From: an uncultured Alphaproteobacteria bacterium
GTDB taxonomy: Bacteria > Pseudomonadota > Alphaproteobacteria > HIMB59 > GCA-002718135
Assembly (NCBI GenBank): GCA_902560675.1
Contig: CACEMP010000005.1
Location: 8,253 to 72,252 of the forward strand
Reading direction: 5' to 3'
DNA length: 64,000 nt
Part shown: piece after piece, positions 28,053 to 36,747 of the stretch
Layout of the letters: each line of letters starts with the position of its first letter
Numbering within the stretch: position 1 is the first letter of the stretch
Made by a program: the position numbers and the translations under genes
The notes under the pieces: generated by a model
Databases searched by the model: none
The model's input: only the letters and a program-made list of their open reading frames with translations
What the model was told of the DNA's origin: nothing

Positions 28053-29291
28053 TTACTGTAAACTTTCTTCTATTCTAATTAATTCATTCCATTTTGAAAT
28101 TCTCTCACCTCTTGAGAAAGAGCCCACTTTAATCATATCACATTGCCAAGCTACTGCAAAATGACTTAAAAAATTTTCTTCTGTGTCTCCAGACCTTGCT
28201 GATAAAATTGTTTTTATATTGTTAGTTCTAGCTAATTTAATTGTTTCTAATGTCTCTGAGACAGTTCCACATTGATTGATTTTTACAATAATTCCATCAA
28301 TAGCCTTTTTGTTTATTGCATTATTTAATAAATCTAAGTTTGTACAAACTAAGTCATCACCAATAACTTCAACATTATTCTCAAATTTAGTTTTCAAATT
28401 GATAAATGAGTTTATATCATTTTCTTGATATGGATCTTCAATTAAACTTACATTAAAATCATTTATTAATTTTCCAAATATCCTCGTCATTGCTGACGTA
28501 TCATACTTTTTATCATAAAGTGAATAAATTTCATTCATATAAAAATTTGAAGCTGCAACATCAATTGAAATACCAATTTCTTTAGTTGGGTCTAATTTAT
28601 TTTCAACTAGAGCTTCATTTATAATTTCACAAATTTGAAAATGATCTAAATTATGAGGAAAAAAACCACCTTCATCGGAATGCCCAAAAAATTTATTATT
28701 TTTGATTAACTTCTTTTTAACTAAGCTAATTACACTACAGACTACATTAAAGTACTCCTCATAAGAGATATCTTGCTTTGGGTATACTAAGAAATCCTGA
28801 AAGCTATTTTTATTACCTGCATGTGCTCCTCCTCCAAATATTTGGATTTCAGGTTTAGGAATATTAAGAACATTAGAATTAGAATGATATCTAAAAGCTG
28901 GTACCTTATTTAAATTACTAGCACACAAATAATTTGCTATTGAAAGCGCAGTTGTTACATTTCCCCCAATATTTTTTTTTTGATTTGTTTTATCAATATT
29001 ATTTAGAATCTCATCAAACCCATCTTGATCCTCACAAGATAATCCTATTAATTGAGGAGCAATTATTTTATTTATTTTTGCTAATGCAGTTTTAATATCC
29101 TTACCATTAAACATTTCATCATTATCTCTGATTTCTACAGCTTCATTTGCACCAGTCGAAGCTCCAGATGGACTAATAGCTTTTCCAAATGAGCCATTTT
29201 CTGTAGATATAACAACTTCAACAGTTGGATTTCCTCTAGAGTCAAAAACCCTCCTAGATTTAATAAATTTTATTTTAGAATTATTTTTCAT
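28053..29291 (-). CDS. enolase-family protein, divergent paralogue with substituted active-site residues
   Basis: 412 aa. It keeps 'SRGNPTVEV', 'PSGASTG', 'DVAAS', 'IEDP', 'GDDL', 'KINQCGT' and 'KVGSFSRGERISKWNELIRIEE'. However it has 'QDF' where enolase has QEF, and 'SARSGDT' where enolase has SHRSGET. Confidence 0.75.
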   Translation of the reverse strand: MKNNSKIKFIKSRRVFDSRGNPTVEVVISTENGSFGKAISPSGASTGANEAVEIRDNDEMFNGKDIKTALAKINKIIAPQLIGLSCEDQDGFDEILNNIDKTNQKKNIGGNVTTALSIANYLCASNLNKVPAFRYHSNSNVLNIPKPEIQIFGGGAHAGNKNSFQDFLVYPKQDISYEEYFNVVCSVISLVKKKLIKNNKFFGHSDEGGFFPHNLDHFQICEIINEALVENKLDPTKEIGISIDVAASNFYMNEIYSLYDKKYDTSAMTRIFGKLINDFNVSLIEDPYQENDINSFINLKTKFENNVEVIGDDLVCTNLDLLNNAINKKAIDGIIVKINQCGTVSETLETIKLARTNNIKTILSARSGDTEENFLSHFAVAWQCDMIKVGSFSRGERISKWNELIRIEESLQ

Positions 29292-30252
29292 TAATTATAC
29301 TAACAATATCATTTAAATGTAATATTTTACTATTTATTATTTTAAACGATTTTTCTCTAATGACATTCTTTAGTTTATCTGAGATAATATATTCTACAGG
29401 TGATTTACCATCTACTCTAGCTAACAACATTATTGGCGTCATATTAAAAATTCTAATTAAGTAATTCTTTTTATCAATTTTACTTAAACTATTTAAATAT
29501 TGCTCATAAAATAATTTATATGCTTTTAAAAACTTACTCTTTTCTGATTTAAAATAAATACTTTTAATTATTAAATGATTTGAAAAAAAAACCAAATCAA
29601 AAACTGGATCTCCATAATTACAACATTCCGCATCTAAATAAATTATTTTATTTTTGTTAATTAAAATATTTTTTGGACTAAAGTCACCATGTACTAAAGT
29701 ACTAGAGAAATATTTATAATCTCTATTTATTTTTTCTACGATTTTTTTAAGATTAGGATAAACTCTTGCCACTTCATTAAAATATGGATCAAGTCTTAAA
29801 TCATAAAAATTAGTATTATTTTTTTTAAATATTTTTTTTGTTTTTTCATTACTACTTAAAAGATGTATATCAAATAAATTTCTACTTATAGATTTTATTG
29901 CATTGAAGCTGATTTTTTTTTGAAAGTACAACTCTTTTAAAGTTTTAAATTTTTTATCATCAAAATATTCCATTACTACATATTTTTTCTCATCATTATA
30001 CTCAAATGTTTCAGGAATATTCTCAATTAATATTTTTTTACAGTGTTTAAGCCATAAGAATTCATAATAAAGTCTATTTTGATCGACTATCCATTCTTTT
30101 TTTACTAATAATTTTCTAAGAGATCTTTTAACGCAGAAAACCTTTTTTTTAGTAACTACTTTATATACTTCTGATGAAACACCTCCTTCAAGTTTTTTAT
30201 ATTTTAAAATTTTTTTTTGGTTTACTGAATCTAGCCAAAGGGCTTTGCTCAT
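29281..30252 (-). CDS. APH/choline-kinase-fold small-molecule kinase (substrate unknown)
   Basis: 323 aa with a Gly-rich 'GGVSSEVYKV', 'FCVKR' lysine, catalytic loop 'LVHGDFSPKNILI' and 'YLDAECCNYGDPVFDL'. An 11-nt overlap joins it to the enolase-like gene. Confidence 0.75.
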   Translation of the reverse strand: MSKALWLDSVNQKKILKYKKLEGGVSSEVYKVVTKKKVFCVKRSLRKLLVKKEWIVDQNRLYYEFLWLKHCKKILIENIPETFEYNDEKKYVVMEYFDDKKFKTLKELYFQKKISFNAIKSISRNLFDIHLLSSNEKTKKIFKKNNTNFYDLRLDPYFNEVARVYPNLKKIVEKINRDYKYFSSTLVHGDFSPKNILINKNKIIYLDAECCNYGDPVFDLVFFSNHLIIKSIYFKSEKSKFLKAYKLFYEQYLNSLSKIDKKNYLIRIFNMTPIMLLARVDGKSPVEYIISDKLKNVIREKSFKIINSKILHLNDIVSIINEK

Positions 30253-30258
30253 TTTTTT

Positions 30259-31239
30259 TTAATTTTTTCTTTTCTGAATCAATGCATAAATTGTTACAGC
30301 TATTGTTATCATTAGACCATTAATAAACTGAACGTAAAAACCTGATAAACCAAGTGCTACTATACCAGATTCTAAAGATCCAATAATAAGTACACCAATA
30401 AAAGTTCCATAAACTGTTCCTTTGCCACCAAAAACAGACGTTCCACCTACAAATACTGCTGCTAGCGTTGTTAACATCAATCCAGAACCTTGAGTTGGCC
30501 AAAAGTATAACATTTCATACATAGTAAAAATCCCAGCTAATGCTGAAAAAAATCCAAGTTGTACAAAAGCAATTATTTTTACTCTATCAACATCAATTCC
30601 CATCATTTGCGCACTTGCTTTATTATCTCCAACAAAGTGAATGTGATTACCAAATTTATGATAGCGATATACCCATTGCATTAATCCAGTAAGTATAACA
30701 AACCAAATAAATTGAGCTGGAATAGTATCAAATAATTTATCAACGAATATTGTGTGATGCCATGTTCCGTCTGCCTCATCAACTATTGCTATACCGCTTC
30801 CTTGTGAGATTACATTTACTAAACCTCTCCAAAAGAATAATGTTCCAATTGTAGCTACGATTGAAGGAATTCCTATTTTTGTAACTAACAAACCATTTAC
30901 TAACCCTGCAAACATACCTAATGCAGTAGCTAGAGCAAATGATATGAAAAAATTTCCGTCTGTGGAAGTTAACAACATTCCAAAAGTCAGAGATGTTATT
31001 CCTACTATAGATGGAAATGATAAATCTATCTCACCAAGAGTAACAACAAAAGTAGCTGAAATTGCTATGATACCAAAGAAAGGCATTGATTGCATAAAAG
31101 CTCTGTATATTGGAAATCTTGTAAACACATGAGTCGCTCCAAAAAAGTAAATTAAAAAAAGTACAATTGCAATTATTGTAATACTAATTTCTAATCGATG
31201 AGTTTTAACAAAATAACTATTTAATATTCCACTCAACAT
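30259..31239 (-). CDS. sugar ABC transporter permease (CUT2/RbsC-FrcC type)
   Basis: 326 aa polytopic protein with 'GEIDLS' and 'GGTSVFGGKGTV' blocks. Confidence 0.85.
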   Translation of the reverse strand: MLSGILNSYFVKTHRLEISITIIAIVLFLIYFFGATHVFTRFPIYRAFMQSMPFFGIIAISATFVVTLGEIDLSFPSIVGITSLTFGMLLTSTDGNFFISFALATALGMFAGLVNGLLVTKIGIPSIVATIGTLFFWRGLVNVISQGSGIAIVDEADGTWHHTIFVDKLFDTIPAQFIWFVILTGLMQWVYRYHKFGNHIHFVGDNKASAQMMGIDVDRVKIIAFVQLGFFSALAGIFTMYEMLYFWPTQGSGLMLTTLAAVFVGGTSVFGGKGTVYGTFIGVLIIGSLESGIVALGLSGFYVQFINGLMITIAVTIYALIQKRKN

Positions 31240-32007
31240 TTATGCTTCAACTTTAATTTTTCCTGATTCATGTAATTGAATCATTTTCTTAACTAATTCT
31301 TCTCTAGATATTTCATTTTTTAAAAATTCACCTACAACTTCTCCTCTATCTAAAATAATAAATCTATCTGCAGCTCCATAAACATGAATTATATTATGAT
31401 CGATAAATATAGCTGACTTATTTTCATTTTTTAAACCTTTGACGAAGTTTAATACTTTTTCAGTTTCTTGAATAGATAAACCCATAGTAGGCTCATCTAA
31501 TACAATTAAATCTGAATTGAAATACAATGATCTTCCAAAGGCAACACCTTGTTTTTCACCACCAGATAAACCCATAACTTGAGAGTCGACAGTGATTGCT
31601 TTTGAAGTAAAACCTATATAGTTCCTTAATATTTTTTCTGCTTCTTTTCGTTGTTGTTTAATGTTTAAAAAACCTAAAGAATTTGTAATTTCTCTTCCAG
31701 CAAAAATATTTCTATAAAGTTCTTGTTGATCACATAAAGCTCTTTCTTGATACACTGCTTCAATACCCATTTTTCTTGATTGTGAAACTGATTTAATCTC
31801 AACTTCACTTTCTTTAAAAAAAATTTTCCCAGAGTTTGGTCTATGTACGCCCGTAATAACCTTAATAAGTGTTGATTTCCCAGCTCCATTATCCCCAATT
31901 AAGGCGACAACTTCTCCTTTATTTATTGTGATGTTTACATCTTTAAGTACTTTGACATTGCCAAAGTTTTTATAAATATTTTCCAGTTTTAAAAGCTGTT
32001 CAGACAT
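31240..32007 (-). CDS. sugar ABC transporter ATP-binding protein with a single NBD (FrcA-like)
   Basis: Walker A 'GDNGAGKST', signature 'LSGGEKQ' and Walker B 'LIVLDEPT'. The track starts at TTG 32019, but the ATG at 32007 (MSEQLL...) avoids the hairpin. Confidence 0.85.
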   Translation of the reverse strand: MSEQLLKLENIYKNFGNVKVLKDVNITINKGEVVALIGDNGAGKSTLIKVITGVHRPNSGKIFFKESEVEIKSVSQSRKMGIEAVYQERALCDQQELYRNIFAGREITNSLGFLNIKQQRKEAEKILRNYIGFTSKAITVDSQVMGLSGGEKQGVAFGRSLYFNSDLIVLDEPTMGLSIQETEKVLNFVKGLKNENKSAIFIDHNIIHVYGAADRFIILDRGEVVGEFLKNEISREELVKKMIQLHESGKIKVEA

Positions 32008-32013
32008 AAATGA

Positions 32014-32042
32014 TTTCAAGCCTGCTATTTGCAGGCTTGAAA
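32014..32042 (-). terminator. intercistronic stem-loop between the SBP and ATPase genes (partial terminator, mRNA stabiliser or RBS occluder)
   Basis: TTTCAAGCCTGC-TATTT-GCAGGCTTGAAA, a 12-bp perfect stem that ends 7 nt before the ATPase ATG on the minus strand. Confidence 0.5.
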
Positions 32043-32051
32043 AATAAAATT

Positions 32052-33032
32052 TTATCTTATTTGAACAGCAGCTAATGGAGCAATTGCTTCCACATTCTCT
32101 GCAGTTACAAAAGCTGCACCAGTATCCATAGCAAGTCCTGCCATTCCATATTTAGTACTTAAGAATAGTTGTACAATTGGAATGTATCCTTGAATGAAAG
32201 GTTGTTGATCAATTACTACATCTATGTAGCCAGAATTTATTCCATCTACAATTGGAGCAGATAAATCAAAACCAGCACCACATACTTCTTCAGTACCATG
32301 ACCAGCTGCTTTCATGTAAGTTGGTAAACTTGCAGTTAAACCACCATGGTCTGTAATTGCCATTTTTATATCTGGGTTTGCACTGTAAGTTGAAACATAC
32401 ATTGGTGTACCTTGAGAGGCATCAGAGTTAACATTATCTGGGATTTCTTGATAAACAACTTCAACACCCATATCTTCAACACCTGCTATCGCACCCTTTG
32501 TTCTTTCACCTCTATTTGGCATACTTGCAAGTCCCCAAATAAATGCTTTATCTCCAGCTTGTAGGCCACATACTTCAACAGCTTTTTTTCCTAAGTTATA
32601 ACCAGCATCAAATAGATCTGCACCTGCATAACCAAAACCTTCAGTTTTGTACTCTGCTTCTAAATCAGGTAGAGGTGTATTCATTGTTGTGATTACAATA
32701 CCCATTTCTCTTGCCTCTTTAATAATTGGTCTCATAGCTTCATCGCCTGGAAAACCATATATTGCAATTCCATCAGGCTGCAGTGCAACTGCTTCCTTGA
32801 ATTGTTTAATCATTATTTCTGAGTTCCATTGTGACCAGTAGTAATCAACATCACATCCTGTATGTTCAGCAGCTGCAACTGCTCCGTTATAAACAATTGT
32901 TCCAAAGGGTCCACCTTCTGGTCCACCTGGAAAAAATATGAATTTTTTGTCACAAGAATAGTCATTCTTTGCAATTGCTGAACCTGCAGTAAATGCGAAG
33001 CATACAGCAATAAAAGTTAAAAGTTTTTTCAT
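32052..33032 (-). CDS. periplasmic sugar-binding protein (type I PBP)
   Basis: 326 aa with signal peptide '...GSAIA/K'. A strong RBS (GGGGGA) is present, and the composition is noticeably richer in G+C and Ala/Gly than the neighbours. Confidence 0.85.
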   Translation of the reverse strand: MKKLLTFIAVCFAFTAGSAIAKNDYSCDKKFIFFPGGPEGGPFGTIVYNGAVAAAEHTGCDVDYYWSQWNSEIMIKQFKEAVALQPDGIAIYGFPGDEAMRPIIKEAREMGIVITTMNTPLPDLEAEYKTEGFGYAGADLFDAGYNLGKKAVEVCGLQAGDKAFIWGLASMPNRGERTKGAIAGVEDMGVEVVYQEIPDNVNSDASQGTPMYVSTYSANPDIKMAITDHGGLTASLPTYMKAAGHGTEEVCGAGFDLSAPIVDGINSGYIDVVIDQQPFIQGYIPIVQLFLSTKYGMAGLAMDTGAAFVTAENVEAIAPLAAVQIR

Positions 33033-33177
33033 TATTCCCCCAATAATTTAAAATTGTGAGTAAATTATATGTAAAAATCTAAATATTACAAACTTAATTT
33101 AATAAATATTTTGTTATAGTAAGTTACTTGAATATTTTCTTATTTAGAATTAATATTAAATCTACATTCAAAATCTT

Positions 33178-34014
33178 ATGAAAAGAAAAAAATTGACAGT
33201 ATATGATTACTTAAGATCAAAAGGCAAAAGACAACTTAGTGCATTGTTTGTCCATAATGCTGATGAAGCCAGAGCTGCTGAGGAAGCAGAGATCGATATC
33301 ATTTGTACTTCACATGATTATCCTCAATTCGGAATATACAATTCATTTGAAGAATTAAAAAGAATTCGTGAAGCTGCTCCAAATTGTTTGATGCAAACAG
33401 GTGGAGCAATTACACCAGCTTCTGAATATGAAGCTTTAAAGGTATGTCATAAATATTTAGAGATTGGCACAGATGTTATTTATGGAGGTACATGGAGTTA
33501 TAAATGGATCAAAGCTTTAAGAGAAGAAAATGTACCAATAAATAGCCACGTTGGTCTAGTACCTGGTAAAGCAACATGGATTGGTGGTTTTAGAGCAATC
33601 GGTAAAACAGCTGATGAGGCTATTGGAGTATTGAGGCATACACTAGAATTACAGGAGGCTGGAGCTATCGGAGTGGAACTAGAAGTTGTACCTCCAAAGG
33701 TAGCAGAGATAATTACAAAAAAAGTCGACATTATAACATTATCTATGGGTAGTGGATCGGGTTGTGATGGACAATATCTATTTGCAAATGATGTTCTTGG
33801 TTACACTGGTTATAACGGTGGTCATATCCCAAGACATGCTAGAATTTACAAAGATTTTAAAAAAGAGTATGAAAGATTACAGGAAGAAAGAATTCATGCT
33901 TTTAGAGAATATCATAAAGATACAGTTGAAAAAAAATTTAATGATCCAAAAATAACTGTTGATATCGATAGTAGTGAGTTTGAAAATTTTCTAAAATTAG
34001 CAAATAAATATTGA
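33178..34014 (+). CDS. PanB-like protein (ketopantoate hydroxymethyltransferase fold), apparently degenerate at the metal site
   Basis: 278 aa. It is colinear with PanB blocks: 'AAPNCL', 'SHVGLVP', 'GAIGVELEVVP', 'SMGSGSGCDGQYLFANDVLGYT' and 'GHIPRHA'. The VGDS and 'ADLPF' Asp positions read 'CTSH' and 'QTGGAI'. This alignment is from memory. Confidence 0.55.
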   Translation: MKRKKLTVYDYLRSKGKRQLSALFVHNADEARAAEEAEIDIICTSHDYPQFGIYNSFEELKRIREAAPNCLMQTGGAITPASEYEALKVCHKYLEIGTDVIYGGTWSYKWIKALREENVPINSHVGLVPGKATWIGGFRAIGKTADEAIGVLRHTLELQEAGAIGVELEVVPPKVAEIITKKVDIITLSMGSGSGCDGQYLFANDVLGYTGYNGGHIPRHARIYKDFKKEYERLQEERIHAFREYHKDTVEKKFNDPKITVDIDSSEFENFLKLANKY

Positions 34015-34070
34015 CCAAGATTTAAAAAAAACTGTTTTATTATTAAATAATTTTATTATAATTGTTAAAA

Positions 34071-35051
34071 ATGGACGTAAATTTAAATACTTGGTATCGT
34101 TGTACCATCGATAAAAAAGAGTTTAAAAAACTTTGTAAGAAATCTGACTTCCAAGGTTTTAAGCACATGATAATTTATTTTTCTGCTTTAATATTTTTTG
34201 GATATTTAGCTTACGCAACATGGGGTACTTGGTGGTGTGTATTATTTTTTTTAATCTATGGAAATATTTGGGGATGTGCTGATGCTATTTGGCACGAAAC
34301 TGGTCACAGAACAGCATTTAAAAGTAAATTCTGGAATGATTTTTTCTATTATATTGCAAGTTTTATGGATAATTTTGAACCTATAAGATGGAGGCATTCA
34401 CATTTTCATCATCACTCACATACTATTTTTACAGATCCATTAGATTTTGAAATACATGTTCAAAAGCCAACTGATTTAATTATGTTTTTTTCTTGGTATA
34501 TCCCTTTTTCAGGCTTCATATTTTTTACAAAATCTCTTCATTGGGAGACTTTAAAACATGCATTTGGAATAACCACAGATGTTATGAGAGTATGTATTCC
34601 AAAAAGTGAAATATCAAAATGTAGGTGGTCTGCTAGAAGCCATGTTTTTATTTGGATTGCAACCATTATTGTTTCGATTTATCTTCAATCATGGTTACCA
34701 ATGCTATTTATAGTTCTACCAAACTTTTATGGTAAAACACTAATCTCACTTTTTGGTTTAACACAACATGCTGGTCTTCAAGAAAATATTAAGGACCATC
34801 GTTATACAACAAGAACAGTAAAACTTAATCCAATTTTTAGTTTCCTTTATTGGCAAATGGAATACCACATTGAACACCATATGTTTCCACAAGTACCATC
34901 TTACAATTTACCAAAATTACATGAAATGTTGAAAGGTCAAATGCCACCAGCAAGAGTTGGATTATGGGGTGCGTATAAAGAAATAATACCTGCACTTTTT
35001 AAACAAGCTAAAAATCCTGAATATAAAATTCCTCTATCAATCCCTGCGTGA
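34071..35051 (+). CDS. membrane fatty-acid-desaturase/hydroxylase-family di-iron oxygenase (MocD/AlkB-like His boxes)
   Basis: Three His boxes are present: 'HETGHR', 'HSHFHHHSH' and 'HIEHHMFP'. There are four or more TM segments. The track ORF starts at TTG 34062; the ATG is at 34071. Confidence 0.75.
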   Translation: MDVNLNTWYRCTIDKKEFKKLCKKSDFQGFKHMIIYFSALIFFGYLAYATWGTWWCVLFFLIYGNIWGCADAIWHETGHRTAFKSKFWNDFFYYIASFMDNFEPIRWRHSHFHHHSHTIFTDPLDFEIHVQKPTDLIMFFSWYIPFSGFIFFTKSLHWETLKHAFGITTDVMRVCIPKSEISKCRWSARSHVFIWIATIIVSIYLQSWLPMLFIVLPNFYGKTLISLFGLTQHAGLQENIKDHRYTTRTVKLNPIFSFLYWQMEYHIEHHMFPQVPSYNLPKLHEMLKGQMPPARVGLWGAYKEIIPALFKQAKNPEYKIPLSIPA

Positions 35052-35944
35052 AACAAGCAGAATTATTTTTAGATTGCAAAAATATATTAGGTGAAGGAAT
35101 AACTTGGTCACAATTTGATCAAACTCTTTATTGGTTGGATATTCCAATGCCCTCAAAACTTTATAAGTATTCATTCGAAAAAAATAAAACAACAGAATTT
35201 GAAATGCCTGAAATGATAACTGCATTAGCTGTTCGACAAAACAATGATATTCTAATTGCTTCACATAATGGTATAAATAATTTTTCAATAAAAGAAAAAA
35301 AATTCAATCAACTCTTTAAATTGGAACCTGAAAAAAATCAAAACAGATGTAATGATGGTGCAGCAGATTTTCTTGGAAATTTTTGGGTTGGTACTATGCA
35401 AAATAATATTGCACCAGATGGAACTAGTATAGATATTAAGGAAAACTCAGGCGCGATATATTCTATAGATAAAAACTTTAATTTAATTAAACATGAAGAT
35501 AACATTGGTGTATCAAATACATTTGCATGGAGTCCAAATAACGATAAATTTTATACCACTGACACCTTAACTGGGGTTATTGATGTTTATGACTATGATT
35601 ATAACAATTTGAAAATTTTAAACAAAAAAGAATTTGCTAAATTTGACAGAGGTTATCCTGATGGATCAACAGTTGACTCAGAAGGTTTTTTATGGAGTTG
35701 TCGTTGGGATGGATCATGTGTAGTTAGATTCAATCCTAATGGAGATGTTGATACAGTTGTAGAAGTTCCTGTACCAAATGTTACAAGTTGTACATTTGGA
35801 GGTTCTGACCTTAAAACTTTGTTTATAACTACTGCACGAATGGCAACATCTAACGACAATCTAAAAAAATACCCATTAGCTGGAGGAATTTTTGCATATA
35901 ATTCTCCAGTGAAAGGTAAACTGGATTTTAAATTCGGTTCTTAA
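35048..35944 (+). CDS. SMP-30/gluconolactonase/LRE-family sugar lactonase
   Basis: 298 aa with 'LGEGITW', 'RCNDGAAD', 'SNTFAWSP' and 'PDGSTVDSEGFLW'. A GTG start overlaps the upstream stop (GTGA). Confidence 0.85.
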   Translation: MKQAELFLDCKNILGEGITWSQFDQTLYWLDIPMPSKLYKYSFEKNKTTEFEMPEMITALAVRQNNDILIASHNGINNFSIKEKKFNQLFKLEPEKNQNRCNDGAADFLGNFWVGTMQNNIAPDGTSIDIKENSGAIYSIDKNFNLIKHEDNIGVSNTFAWSPNNDKFYTTDTLTGVIDVYDYDYNNLKILNKKEFAKFDRGYPDGSTVDSEGFLWSCRWDGSCVVRFNPNGDVDTVVEVPVPNVTSCTFGGSDLKTLFITTARMATSNDNLKKYPLAGGIFAYNSPVKGKLDFKFGS

Positions 35945-35946
35945 AA

Positions 35947-36744
35947 ATGAAAAAAAGATTTCAAGATAAAGTTGTAATAGTAACTGGAGCTGGCTCAGGT
36001 ATAGGTGAAAGAACAGCAGAGAGATTTGCAGAAGAAGGAGCAAAAGTTACCATAGCTGAGTTAGATGAGAAAGCTGGGAAAAGAGTTCAAGAAAATATAA
36101 ATAAAACTGGGGCTAATTCTTTGTTTATTAAAACAGATGTCGCAATCTATGAATCTGTTAATCAAATGGTTGAAAAAACTATAAGTAGTTTAGGATCACC
36201 AGATATTCTTATTAACAATGCAGGAATAAATGTTTTTAGTGAGCCTCTTAAAATGCCTGATTCAGAATGGAAAAGAGCTTTTTCTGTGGATTTAGATGGT
36301 GTCTGGTATGGATGTAAAGCAGTTTTACCACACATGTTAGATAAATCTAAAGGTTCAATTGTAAATGTTTCATCTGTTCACGGTTTTCAAATAATACCTA
36401 ATTGTTTTCCATACCCTATAGCAAAACATGGAGTTATAGGTTTAACACGAGCTTTAGCAGTTGATTATGCAGCAAAGGGAATTAAAATAAATTGTATTTC
36501 TCCTGGTTATACTGAAACACCAATTTTAGATAGATTTTTTAATACTAAACCTAATCCAGCTGAAGCAAGAAAAGAAGCTGAATACAGACAACCAATAAGA
36601 AGAATGGGTACTACAACAGAAATAGCAAACGCAATTTTATTTATGTCTTCAGACGAATGTAATTTTATGATTGGTGCTAATATTATTGTAGATGGAGGAA
36701 TTACACTTAAGATACATGAAAATGATGATACCGGAGCTGATTAA
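35947..36744 (+). CDS. SDR family oxidoreductase (candidate sugar 1-dehydrogenase)
   Basis: 265 aa with 'TGAGSGIG', 'NNAG' and the catalytic 'YPIAKHG' (YxxxK). Confidence 0.85.
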   Translation: MKKRFQDKVVIVTGAGSGIGERTAERFAEEGAKVTIAELDEKAGKRVQENINKTGANSLFIKTDVAIYESVNQMVEKTISSLGSPDILINNAGINVFSEPLKMPDSEWKRAFSVDLDGVWYGCKAVLPHMLDKSKGSIVNVSSVHGFQIIPNCFPYPIAKHGVIGLTRALAVDYAAKGIKINCISPGYTETPILDRFFNTKPNPAEARKEAEYRQPIRRMGTTTEIANAILFMSSDECNFMIGANIIVDGGITLKIHENDDTGAD

Positions 36745-36747
36745 TTT

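Noticed and set aside
28053-29291. Calling the enolase-fold gene simply 'eno' (glycolytic enolase)
   Set aside because: The apparent Glu-to-Asp (QDF) and His-to-Ala (SARSGDT) substitutions argue against a housekeeping role. So do the shorter length and the co-operonic placement with an ABC importer and an APH-fold kinase. It is kept as 'enolase-family paralogue' pending alignment and a check for a second eno in the genome.
32008-32019. TTG start at 32019 for the single-NBD ABC ATPase
   Set aside because: It would place the start codon inside the 12-bp intercistronic stem. The ATG at 32007 (MSEQLLKLENIYK...) gives a normal N-terminus for an NBD.
33055-33090. Possible operator in the divergent promoter region: lac/CRP-like 'AATTGTGAGTAAAT' and the inverted repeat TGTAA-N11-TTACA
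   Set aside because: The half-sites are only 5 bp long in about 80% AT DNA, and the right CRP half-site is not matched. There is no cognate regulator gene in the window, so this is indistinguishable from chance.
35037-35288. Antisense ORFs 35037-35288, 50157-50435, 53709-54014, 47170-47475, 48670-48912 and 49099-49416
   Set aside because: All are embedded opposite well-supported enzyme or permease genes and have no RBS. Their products are low-complexity.
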